Below, one piece after another: positions 29,201 through 38,043 of a DNA stretch of 64,000 bases. The translations under genes and the position numbers were made by a program. The stretch's first letter is position 1; every line of letters starts with the position of its first letter. Source of the stretch: Nemertoderma westbladi. Taxonomy: Eukaryota > Animalia > Xenacoelomorpha. The notes below the pieces were generated by a model. The model saw nothing but the letters and a program-made list of their open reading frames with translations, did not search any database and was not told where the DNA came from. The stretch is from assembly GCA_032718475.1 (NCBI GenBank), contig JAUCBJ010008370.1, positions 15,324 to 79,323 on the forward strand. The letters are read 5' to 3'.

Positions 29201-32200
29201 CTTAAATTAGTTCCATTGTTTCCTGGTCTACAAACTGACATTAGTTCCGTTGTTTCCTGGTCTACAAACTGACATTAGTTCCATTGTTTCCTGGTCTACA
29301 AACTGACATTAGTTCCGTTGTTTCTTGTCTACAAACTGACATTAGTTCCGTTGTTTCTTGTTTACAAACTTACATTAGTTCCGTTGTTACCTGGTCTACA
29401 AACTTAAATTAGTTCCGTTGTTTCCTGGTCTACAAACTTAAATTAGTTCCATTGTTTCTTGTCTACAAACTTACATTAGTTCCGTTGTTTCCTGGTCTAC
29501 AAACTTAAATTAGTTCCGTTGTTTCCTGGTCTACAAACTGACATTAGTTCCATTGTTTCCTGGTCTACAAACTTAAATTAGTTCCATTGTTTCCTGGTCT
29601 ACAAACTGACATTAGTTCCGTTGTTTCTTGTCTACAAACTGACATTAGTTCCGTTGTTTCCTGGTCTACAAACTTAAATTAGTTCCATTGTTTCCTGGTC
29701 TACAAACTGACATTAGTTCCGTTGTTTCTTGTCTACAAACTGACATTAGTTCCGTTGTTTCTTGTTTACAAACTTACATTAGTTCCGTTGTTACCTGGTC
29801 TACAAACTTAAATTAGTTCCGTTGTTTCCTGGTCTACAAACTTAAATTAGTTCCATTGTTTCTTGTCTACAAACTTACATTAGTTCCGTTGTTTCCTGGT
29901 CTACAAACTTAAATTAGTTCCGTTGTTTCCTGGTCTACAAACTTAAATTAGTTCCATTGTTTCCTGGTCTACAAACTGACATTAGTTCCGTTGTTTCCTG
30001 GTCTACAAACTTAAATTAGTTCCATTGTTTCCTGGTCTACAAACTGACATTAGTTCCGTTGTTTCTTGTCTACAAACTGACATTAGTTCCGTTGTTTCCT
30101 GGTCTACAAACTTAAATTAGTTCCATTGTTTCCTGGTCTACAAACTGACATTAGTTCCATTGTTTCCTGGTCTACAAACTTAAATTAGTTCCATTGTTTC
30201 CTGGTCTACAAACTGACATTAGTTCCATTGTTTCCTGGTCTACAAACTTAAATTAGTTCCATTGTTTCCTGGTCTACAAACTGACATTAGTTCCATTGTT
30301 TCCTGGTCTACAAACTTAAATTAGTTCCATTGTTTCCTGGTCTACAAACTTACATTAGTTCCATTGTTTCCTGGTCTACAAACTTACATTAGTTCCATTG
30401 TTTCCTGGTCTACAAACTTACATTAGTTCCATTGTTTCCTGGTCTACAAACTTACATTAGTTCCATTGTTTCCTGGTCTACAAACTTACATTAGTTCCAT
30501 TGTTTCCTGGTCTACAAACTTAAATTAGTTCCATTGTTTCCTGGTCTAAAAACTGACATTAGTTCCGTTGTTTCTTGTCTACAAACTGACATTAGTTCCG
30601 TTGTTTCCTGGTCTACAAACTGACATTAGTTCCATTGTTTCCTGGTCTACAAACTTAAATTAGTTCCATTGTTTCCTGGTCTACAAACTTACATTAGTTC
30701 CATTGTTTCCTGGTCTACAAACTTAAATTAGTTCCATTGTTTCCTGGTCTACAAACTGACATTAGTTCCATTGTTTCCTGGTCTACAAACTTAAATTAGT
30801 TCCATTGTTTCCTGGTCTACAAACTGACATTAGTTCCATTGTTTCCTGGTCTACAAACTTAAATTAGTTCCATTGTTTCCTGGTCTACAAACTTACATTA
30901 GTTCCGTTGTTACCTGGTCTACAAACTTAAATTAGTTCCATTGTTTCCTGGTCTACAAACTTACATTAGTTCCGTTGTTACCTGGTCTACAAACTTAAAT
31001 TAGTTCCATTGTTTCCTGGTCTACAAACTGACATTAGTTCCGTTGTTTCTTGTCTACAAACTAACATTAGTTCCGTTGTTTCTTGTCTACAAACTTACAT
31101 TAGTTCCGTTGTTTCTTGTCTACAAACTGACATTAGTTCCGTTGTTTCCTGGTCTACAAACTTACATTAGTTCCGTTGTTTCTTGTCTACAAACTTACAT
31201 TAGTTCCGTTGTTTCCTGGTCTACCTGGCAGACCACATGCGCCTTCAACTCCAATCAAACCATTTGCGCCGTGAATTCCGCTGTACCCTTTGGATCCTTT
31301 GAAACCAGGATTTCCTGAAAATTTTAAGTTTAAATTTAAATTATTCTCGCAAGCAATATGTATACTACAATATAGTATCCTGTATCTTATAATATTATTC
31401 TAGAAATGTTGTAATATTAATTGTGTTACCATAGTGACAAGGTAATCAATACAAATAATATTTGCCTTCAAAATATAGTGGCTACCTTGTTGTCCTTGGT
31501 TTCCTGTAGGACCAACATCCCCTCTGTCACCTTTAGATCCACGTATCCCCGGGTTACCAGTTCCACCTCTGTCACCTGCTACCCCTGCTTGGCCTTGAAT
31601 ACCCCGAATTCCCTAAGGAAACAACAAACAAAGAAGATAATAATGATAAATAATTACCTTACCATCTACCATGTATGCTAAATGTGTAGCTGATATAATA
31701 ATGCCCTATAGGTGGTGCAAACCACTCTACGGTATGGTGTTTGGTCCTATTCTATGGTTGGTTGTGCACCAACTTGTATAGGAGTGGATATGGCTACCAA
31801 CTTTTCTATATTTTATTTAAATAACCATTATTGATAATTCCAGCTGCGAGGTCTCGGGTTCAATCCCAGGTCTAAACCCATTACTTTTTATCTAACAGGT
31901 AATGCTACCAAACCCACCAAGATGGATGTGGCGTATGTTTGTTGAGTAATAGAGAGGTCAGGTATAATCAGAGCTCGAGAGGGTAAACCTTGGGAGTAAA
32001 AAAGTGCGATCCCCTCCCTAGTTTACATCGTTATTTTAGCTGCCACAAACTGAGTGTAGCCTTTGAGTTCTCTCTGAATGGAAGGTTGCCTCCAGCAGAT
32101 TGTAGCCTCTGTGTTTCCCCCGGTGGCCGGTAGAGTGTACCCTCTGTGTTGTCTCCGGTAGAGTGTAGCCTCTGTGTTGCCCACGGTAAAGTATAGCCTC

Positions 32201-35200
32201 TGTGTTGCCCCCGGTAAAGTGTAGCCTCTGTGTTGCCTCCGCTAGATTGTAGCCTCTGTGTTGCCTCCGGTAGATTGTAGCATCTGTGTGGCCTCTGGTA
32301 TAGCCTGTGTTGCCTCCGGTAGATTGTAGCCTCTGTGTTGCCTCCGGTAGAGTGTAACCTCTGTGTTGCCTCCGGTAGATTGTAGCCTCTGTGTTGCCTC
32401 CGGTAGATTGTAGCATCTGTGTGGCCTCTGGTATAGCCTCTGTGTTGCCTCCGGTAGATTGTAGCCTTTGTGTTGCCTCCGGTAGGGTGTAGCCTCTGTG
32501 TTGCCTCCGCTAGATTGTAGCCTCTGTGTTGCCTCCGCTAGATTGTAGCATCTGTGTTGCCTCTGGTAGAGAGGAACCTCCGGGTTGTCTCCGGTACAGT
32601 GTAGCCTCTGTGTTGCCTCCGGTAGATTGTAGCCTCTGTGTTGCCTCCGGTAGATTGTAGCATCTGTGTGGCCTCTGGTATAACCTCTGTGTTGCCTCCG
32701 GTAGATTGTAGCCTCTGTGTTGTCTCCGGTAGAGTGTAGCCTCTTTGTTGCCTCCGGTAGATTGTAGCCTCTGTGTTGCCACCGGTAGAGTGTAGCCTCT
32801 GTGTTGCCTCCGCTAGATTGTAGCCTCTGTGTTGCCTCCGGTAGATTGTAGCATCTGTGTGGCCTCTGGTATAGCCTCTGTGTTGCCTCCGGTAGATTGT
32901 AGCCTCTGTGTTGCCTCCGGTAGAGTGTAGCCTCTGTGTTGCCTCCGGTAGATTGTAGCCTCTGTGTTGCCTCCGGTAGAGTGTAGCCTCTGTGTTGCCT
33001 CCGGTAGATTGTAGCCTCTGTGTTGCCTCCGGTAGATTGTAGCATCTGTGTGGCCTCTGGTATAGCCTCTGTGTTGCCTCCGGTAGATTGTAGCCTCTGT
33101 GTTGCCTCCGGTAGAGTGTAGCCTCTGTGTTGCCTCCGCTAGATTGTAGCCTCTGGTTGCTCCCGGTAGAGTGTGGCTTCTGTGTTGCCTCCAGTAGATT
33201 GTAGCCTCTGTGTTGCCTCCGGTAGATTGTAGCATCTGTGTGGCCTCTGGTATAGCCTCTGTGTTGCCTCCGGTAGATTGTAGCCTCTGTGTTGCCTCCG
33301 GTAGAGTGTAGCCTCTGTGTTGCCTCCGCTAGATTGTAGCCTCTGGTTGCTCCCGGTAGAGTGTGGCTTCTGTGTTGCCTCCGCTAGATTGTAGCCTCTG
33401 GTTGCTCCCGGTAGAGTGTGGCTTCTGTGTTGCCTCCAGTAGATTGTAGCCTCTGTGTTGCCTCTGGTATAGCCTCTGTGTTGCCTCCGGTAGATTGTAG
33501 CCTCTGGTTGCTCCCGGTAGAGTGTGGCTTCTGTGTTGCCTCCGCTAGATTGTAGCCTCTGGTTGCTCCCGGTAGAGTGTGGCTTCTGTGTTGCCTCCGC
33601 TAGATTGTAGCCTCTGGTTGCTCCCGGTAGAGTGTGGCTTCTGTGTTGCCTCCGGTAGAGAGGAACCTCCGGGTTGTCTCCGGTAGAGTGTAGCCTCTGT
33701 GACGCCTCCGGTAGAGAGGAACCTCCGGGTTGTCTCCGGTAGAGTGTAGCCTCTGTGTTGCCTCCGGTAGAGAGGAACCTCCGGGTTGTCTCCGGTAAAG
33801 TGTAGCCTCTGTGACGCCTCCGGTAGAGAGGAACCTTCGGGTTGTCTCCGGTAGAGTGTAGCCTCTGTGTTGCCTCCAGTAGATTGTAGCCTCTGTGTTG
33901 CCTCCAGTAGATTGTAGCCTCTGTGTTGCCTCCGGTAGAGAGGAACCTCCGGGTTGCCTCCGGCAGAGTGTAGCTCTGTGTTGCCCCCGGTAGAGTGTAG
34001 CCTCTGTGTTGCCTCCGGTAGAGAGGAACCTCCGGGTTGTCTCCGGTAGAGTGTAGCCTCTGTGTTGCCTCCGGTAGATTGTAGCCTCTGTGTTGCCTCC
34101 AGTAGATTGTAGCCTCTGTGTTGCCTCCGGTAGAGAGGAACCTCCGGGTTGCCTCCGGCAGAGTGTAGCTCTGTGTTGCCCCCGGTAGAGTGTAGCCTCT
34201 GTGTTGCCTCCGGTAGAGAGGAACCTCCGGGTTGTCTCCGGTAGAGTGTAGCCTCTGTGTTGCCTCCGGTAGATTGTAGCCTCTGTGTTGCCTCCGGTAG
34301 ATTGTAGCCTCTGTGTTGCCTCCAGTAGATTGTAGCCTCTGTGTTGCCTCCGGTAGAGAGGAACCTCCGGGTTGCCTCCGGCAGAGTGTAGCTCTGTGTT
34401 GCCCCCGGTAGAGTGTAGCCTCTGTGTTGCCTCCGGTAGATTGTAGCCTCTGTGTTGCCTCCGGTAGATTGTAGCCTCTGTGTTGCCTCCAGTAGATTGT
34501 AGCCTCTGTGTTGCCTCCGGTAGAGAGGAACCTCCGGGTTGCCTCCGGCAGAGTGTAGCTCTGTGTTGCCCCCGGTAGAGTGTAGCCTCTGTGTTGCCCC
34601 CGGTAGAGTGTAGCCTCTGTGTTGCCTCCGGTAGATTGTAGCCTCTGTGTTGCCTCCGGTAGAGAGGAACCTCCGGGTTGCCTCCGGCAGAGTGTAGCTC
34701 TGTGTTGCCCCCGGTAGAGTGTAGCCTCTGTGTTGCCCCCGGTAGAGTGTAGCCTCTGTGTTGCCTCCGGTAGATTGTAGCCTCTGTGTTGCCTCCGGTA
34801 GATTGTAGCCTCTGTGTTGCCTCCAGTAGATTGTAGCATCTGTGTTGCCTCTAGTAGAGAGGAACCTCCGGGTTGTTTCCGGTAGAGTGTAGCCTCTGTG
34901 TTGCCTCCGGTAGATTGTAGCCTCTGTGTTGCCTCCAGTAGATTGTAGCCTCTGTGTTGCCTCCGGTAGAGAGGAACCTCCGGGTTGCCTCCGGCAGAGT
35001 GTAGCTCTGTGTTGCCCCCGGTAGAGTGTAGCCTCTGTGTTGCCCCCGGTAGAGTGTAGCCTCTGTGTTGCCTCCGGTAGATTGTAGCCTCTGTGTTGCC
35101 TCCGGTAGATTGTAGCCTCTGTGTTGCCTCCAGTAGATTGTAGCATCTGTGTTGCCTCTAGTAGAGAGGAACCTCCGGGTTGTTTCCGGTAGAGTGTAGC

Positions 35201-36139
35201 CTCTGTGTTGCCTCCGGTAGATTGTAGCCTCTGTGTTGCCTCCGCTAGAGTGTAGCCTCTGTGACGCCTCTAGTAGAGAGGAACCTCCGGGTTGTCTCCG
35301 GTAGAGTGTAGCATCTGTGTTGCCTCTAGTAGAGAGGAACCTCCGGGTTGTCTCCGGTAGAGTGTAGCCTCTGTGTTGCCTCCGGTAGAGAGGAACCTCC
35401 GGGTTGCCTCCGGTGGAGCCTTTGGGTTGCGGCCGCTGTTTCGTATTTCACATCTACAGATCAGTTTACACCGTTACTTACTTATCGGTCCAAGTGATAA
35501 ACGAACATGATTTGCACTCCCACAGGGCCCACCTCTCAAGTTTCAACAAAACTATATCAACAATCGTGTTGATTGTGCTATTTGTGACACTGATATCAGT
35601 TACGCAAACCTCACTCTAGTCACACCACATAATCAATTATATCAAGATGAAACTGGTTTCAATTTCCCCAAATGATTTCCCAAATGGGGAAAGAAAATGG
35701 GGAAATTAGAAATAAAACTTTCTGTTATATTTAAATACGGCAACCTACAGCATACACTGTAGGCCTACAGCATACACTGTAAGCCTACAGCATACACTGT
35801 AAGCCTACAGCATACACTGTAAGCCTACAGCATACACTGTAGGCCTACAGCATACACTGTAGGCCTACTGTACGTACATTCTTAAATGGAATATTGCTTA
35901 ATGTTATTGTTGGTAATTTTAATACTAATCTCAAATTCGGAACTTATTTGGATGAAAATGATTGTCGTTATTGTTGTAAAGCAGTCTCTCAAGGTTGTAC
36001 ATCTACTAACCATTTCTCCCTTGAGACCATAACAGGAACAATGTTTCGAGCCACCACAGCCACCGCAACGTTGTGATTCCGCCACAGAAATCAAGTAAAA
36101 CAAAATTATTACCCATAGCAATGATGAGTTTATAAACAT
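2096..36139 (-). CDS. COL4A2: Type IV collagen alpha chain, alpha2-like; 5' part, 14 coding exons, gene continues beyond left edge
   Basis: Exons (minus): 36011-36139, 31486-31612, 31199-31314, 23039-23201, 20602-20781, 16788-16948, 16443-16610, 14959-15160, 14200-14349, 13773-13886, 11357-11596, 10037-10209, 9695-9833, 2096-2277. All are GT-AG and phase-compatible, 2244 nt in total. Signal peptide, 7S-type CGGC...CSCYGLKG, interrupted Gly-X-Y, internal CSDC. The alpha2-like label rests on the N-terminal motif and the head-to-head pairing; NC1 is not in the window. Confidence 0.88.
3132..3364. mobile_element. Partial copy of the inverted tRNA-like element
   Basis: Shares GCAGCTTTG..., CATTCAGCTAGCGGCTCAGGTAAAAGG, ATTTCCAGGTCTA and TACCTGAG.CGCTA.CTGAATGG with 8703-9115. 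Confidence 0.7.
3431..3765. repeat. 48-bp minisatellite, about 7 copies
   Basis: Unit GTGTCGCCATGGAATCATTCACACCTCGGTTCCAGGTAGTACCGCTAG. Confidence 0.95.
4877..5520 (+). mobile_element. 5'-truncated non-LTR retrotransposon fragment with restriction-like endonuclease (CRE/NeSL/R2-group type)
   Basis: GC-rich island encoding [38 protein letters not shown] and, after a frameshift, [14 protein letters not shown]. Flanked by GTAAATAGT at 4868-4876 and 5521-5529 (candidate TSD). Confidence 0.82.
5651..5751. repeat. 32-bp tandem repeat, about 3 copies
   Basis: CTGTATGTCTTCGGTACCTGATTAACTGGTAA. Confidence 0.9.
6271..8652. repeat. 16-bp minisatellite, about 148 copies
   Basis: Unit TAGACAATGTTAGATA with variants TAC/GCT/ATT. 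Confidence 0.98.
8703..9115. mobile_element. Repeat with two inverted tRNA-like (A-box/B-box) arms; second copy at about 3132-3364
   Basis: 8766-8874 is the reverse complement of 8991-9098; the arm carries TAGCTGAATGG and AGTTCGATCCC. Confidence 0.7.
9695..9833 (-). CDS. collagen IV (minus gene) coding exon 13
   Basis: [10 protein letters not shown]...GSKGNP. Confidence 0.9.
10037..10209 (-). CDS. collagen IV (minus gene) coding exon 12
   Basis: [21 protein letters not shown]...GDVER; donor GTAAGT. Confidence 0.88.
10276..11057. mobile_element. TA-flanked MITE with long inverted arms
   Basis: TA|CCGGGTGTTCCATAATGATTGCCC...GGGCAATCATTATGGAACACCCTT|TA; the arms extend inward about 200 bp. 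Confidence 0.85.
11216..11262. repeat. (GA)n microsatellite
   Basis: GAGAGA tract. Confidence 0.9.
11357..11596 (-). CDS. collagen IV (minus gene) coding exon 11, with Cys-containing interruption
   Basis: [27 protein letters not shown]...GTRGVK. Confidence 0.9.
12224..13627 (+). mobile_element. 5'-truncated, frameshifted RTE-type LINE (second family) with (TAG)n tail
   Basis: [37 protein letters not shown]; in-frame stop and frameshifts; candidate TSD TATACAAAA at 12215-12223 and 13628-13636. Confidence 0.92.
13773..13886 (-). CDS. collagen IV (minus gene) coding exon 10
   Basis: [10 protein letters not shown]...GIRGPY; donor GTTAGT. Confidence 0.88.
14091..14256. repeat. 80-bp tandem duplication spanning an exon 3' end and its splice donor
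   Basis: CCGACTCACCTTCCCGGCCCAGGAG occurs at 14111 and 14191. Confidence 0.93.
14200..14349 (-). CDS. collagen IV (minus gene) coding exon 9
   Basis: [10 protein letters not shown]...GLLGRE; donor GTGAGT, duplicated 80 bp downstream. Confidence 0.88.
14959..15160 (-). CDS. collagen IV (minus gene) coding exon 8
   Basis: [14 protein letters not shown]...GETGEQ. Confidence 0.88.
16443..16610 (-). CDS. collagen IV (minus gene) coding exon 7
   Basis: [10 protein letters not shown]...GPPGPPPK; donor GTGAGT. Confidence 0.9.
16788..16948 (-). CDS. collagen IV (minus gene) coding exon 6
   Basis: [13 protein letters not shown]...GPEGFQ. Confidence 0.88.
17998..19828 (+). CDS. Classical short-chain dehydrogenase/reductase (FabG/3-oxoacyl-ACP reductase-like), 2 exons, nested antisense in a collagen intron
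   Basis: Exons 17998-18545 (AG|GTGAGT) and 19576-19828 (TCCAG|A) join to 266 aa. Motifs: [40 protein letters not shown]. Confidence 0.92.
19208..19303. repeat. Near-perfect hairpin palindrome in the SDR intron
   Basis: TAATGTAAATAGGACAATATGATAATGCTCTCCATAGCGAAAAAT followed by its reverse complement. Confidence 0.9.
19340..19490. repeat. Dispersed repeat; inverted copy at about 48338-48490
   Basis: AACATTGAGGCGGGATATTAATTCGCC and flanks match 48338-48490 in reverse complement. Confidence 0.8.
20170..20280. repeat. Dispersed repeat with CTCGCTGCGCTCGCTCG motif; copy at about 49690-49780
   Basis: TTATGTAAACCTC.CTCGCTGCGCTCGCTCGGT.CATAAATA.ACTCGG.TCATAA.GCTG is present at both sites. Confidence 0.75.
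20602..20781 (-). CDS. collagen IV (minus gene) coding exon 5
   Basis: [10 protein letters not shown]...KGIDWPPQ; donor GTTAGT. Confidence 0.88.
22395..22820 (+). mobile_element. Possible Helentron/DINE-1-like non-autonomous element; similar fragment at about 36290-36460
   Basis: Short (GTCY)n tract followed by typical core-like sequence; family recognised by resemblance only. Confidence 0.35.
23039..23201 (-). CDS. collagen IV (minus gene) coding exon 4
   Basis: [15 protein letters not shown]...GDDGEP; ACAG acceptor. Confidence 0.88.
23405..31224. repeat. 33/34-bp satellite, about 230 units, derived from collagen exon end plus donor site
   Basis: Minus-strand unit GTAGACCAGGAAACAACGGAACTAAT-GTAAGTTT. 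Confidence 0.97.
31199..31314 (-). CDS. collagen IV (minus gene) coding exon 3; its 3' end is the first unit of the 33/34-bp array
   Basis: [10 protein letters not shown]...[15 protein letters not shown], then GTAAGT; the phase 0 end matches the phase 0 start of the next exon. Confidence 0.85.
31486..31612 (-). CDS. collagen IV (minus gene) coding exon 2
   Basis: TTAG acceptor; [16 protein letters not shown]...GNQGQQ; phase 1 donor. Confidence 0.9.
32090..35415. repeat. Complex 28-bp minisatellite with several variant unit types
   Basis: GTAGATTGTAGCCTCTGTGTTGCCTCCG, GTAGAGTGTAGCC..., GTAGAGAGGAACCTCCGGGTTGTCTCCG. Confidence 0.97.
35744..35868. repeat. 20-bp tandem repeat, about 6 copies, each quasi-palindromic
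   Basis: CCTACAGCATACACTGTA(A/G)G. Confidence 0.93.
36011..36139 (-). CDS. collagen IV (minus gene) first coding exon: signal peptide and 7S cysteines
   Basis: [43 protein letters not shown], then donor GTTAGT. Confidence 0.88.
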
Positions 36140-37959
36140 TTTGTACGTAAAGTTCGTTATTTGGTTTTTAATTGTCTACAAATAATATAAATTATGTGAT
36201 AGTTGTCTTTTAATGTGGGACGAGCTATTCGAAGTCTGAGAGTAGCATACAGTTACAGTTCTGCAGTTTACAGGTTTAGTCATGGCCAAATAGGTATTGC
36301 CCGTCTGTCTGTCTGTCCGTCCGTCCGAGTGCTCAATTTTTGAACCTGAATATTTCTGCAACGGCTTGGCCATATATTTGTTGAAATTTGCTATGCATGT
36401 CTCTTGTGGATAAAATGTTGTAAACGTTTCAGATTATATCGACTCAAACGTCCAAATAGGTCAATAACGAACATTTATTGTACGTAACGTTTTATATAAT
36501 AGTTGTCGGTTGTCGGTTGTCGGCGTTACGTTTACATTCGACTATCTGCAATTGGGTTGGTAAATAATTATAACGCACTTTCTTCATGCATTATGTCATT
36601 CCACAATAAATGAATAAAAATAAACAATATTATTTTTTTGGCTTTATGTTTAGGCCTATAAGAAATAAAAAGCACTGATTTTTTAAATTAATTATTTAAC
36701 GATAATGATTTACGATATCGATACTTTCATATTGATTTAGTTTGCTATTATCCTATATTAGGCCTGTCTCGTGTTATTGTTATGTAACAATTAGTGCAGT
36801 TATATAATAAATATTATTTATAATTATTAACGATATAATTAATAATTTTTTAAAATTAATTATTAACTAATAATAATTGTATACAATTATATCATTAGCT
36901 ACCCATGTTTAATGAGAAGATATTATTGTTAACATGTTACAGTGTTAAGTAAAATGAAGTAAAAAGTTGAGAGTGGAAATGATTAATCTAAACCTAAATT
37001 TCAAATTATCTCTTAGTAAGTTTATGAAAGCCAGTTAAATCAGGTAGGCTTGTCAACAGTTAACTGGTCTAATTGGGCTACAAAGCTCCAACAGTGACTA
37101 AACTTTACTAGTAACCAATCAAATATTCGCTGGTTTACATTCCTAAAATTTTAATATAGTTAATTTCGCGAGAGTTTATTAAATATTTCATTGCAAAATA
37201 AGCTTTATTTCCCTGTACGTTCATAATTATTGATATATATGCGTAGAATTATCAGTTTAGATAATTAAAAACAGAAGGTATGATTACGATTTGTTGCTCG
37301 AAGTATATATTTAATTATTTTCGCGAAATATAGTTTGTTATAAGAAAACATGAGGAATGGGAATTCCCTTAGATTCCGAATATAATTGAGACACTATGGA
37401 AGTGGGGGGTCCCTTTTGTTTATCCCTATCGTTAAACAGATAGTGGCCAACCAAATAGCCAGACTGGCAGGTTGTTGATGTTCATAGGGAGGGAGCAATG
37501 TGGAGTTATTACAACGTGCTGACGGGCAGACTTACTTATAAAACTGTGATACGGTAAAACACAAACTTTCTTGTTTCTTATAGTGCAGTTATATGTAATT
37601 TTAAACATTATTTTGTAGTCACATATTTATAATTATTTTTATGTTTTGTAATATAAGTATTTTTTATAACTGATTAATTTTATAATGATGAAAATATGTA
37701 TTTTTATTTTAGTATAATAAAATTACCGCCGTTACTTAATTGTTGTTTTAGGTTACCGGTAGCTCTTTTATGTTGACGCCACGCATAGACGCATTTAATT
37801 CCCACATTTAATAACAATAAGTAATAACTGTTAATTAGTAGTTGATGCGCACTATATATGTAAGTACCTGTACCAATTAATAGTTGAGTGATATTTATTA
37901 GCGAATTAACTAACAGGGTTTCATTAAACCCTACCGTTTGTATTTCATGAGCTCATGAA
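36140..37959. promoter_or_regulatory. Divergent (bidirectional) promoter and 5' UTR region of the collagen IV pair
   Basis: Divergent start codons are 1.8 kb apart. CCAAT at about 37114. Candidate minus-strand 5' UTR intron 36176-37535 (GTAAGT...TTTGTAG). Confidence 0.6.
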
Positions 37960-38043
37960 ATGCATAGTTTTTCTATTTCTTCAAGTTTCATTCCATTAGG
38001 TGTTATAATACTTGTTCTGAATTTTATACCAACCGACTCTGCC
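37960..38043 (+). CDS. collagen IV (plus gene) signal-peptide exon
   Basis: ATG-initiated MHSFSISSSFIPLGVIILVLNFIPTDSA, then GTAAGT in phase 0; 84 nt; too short to appear in the ORF track. Confidence 0.72.

Noticed and set aside
23405-31224. CRISPR-like 33/34-bp repeats
   Set aside because: The units are contiguous with no unique spacers and no cas genes, and the array lies in a eukaryotic intron.
32036-35146. Long ORFs of 267-566 aa
   Set aside because: They arise from a stop-poor 28-bp repeat read in rotating frames; there is no unique sequence or domain.
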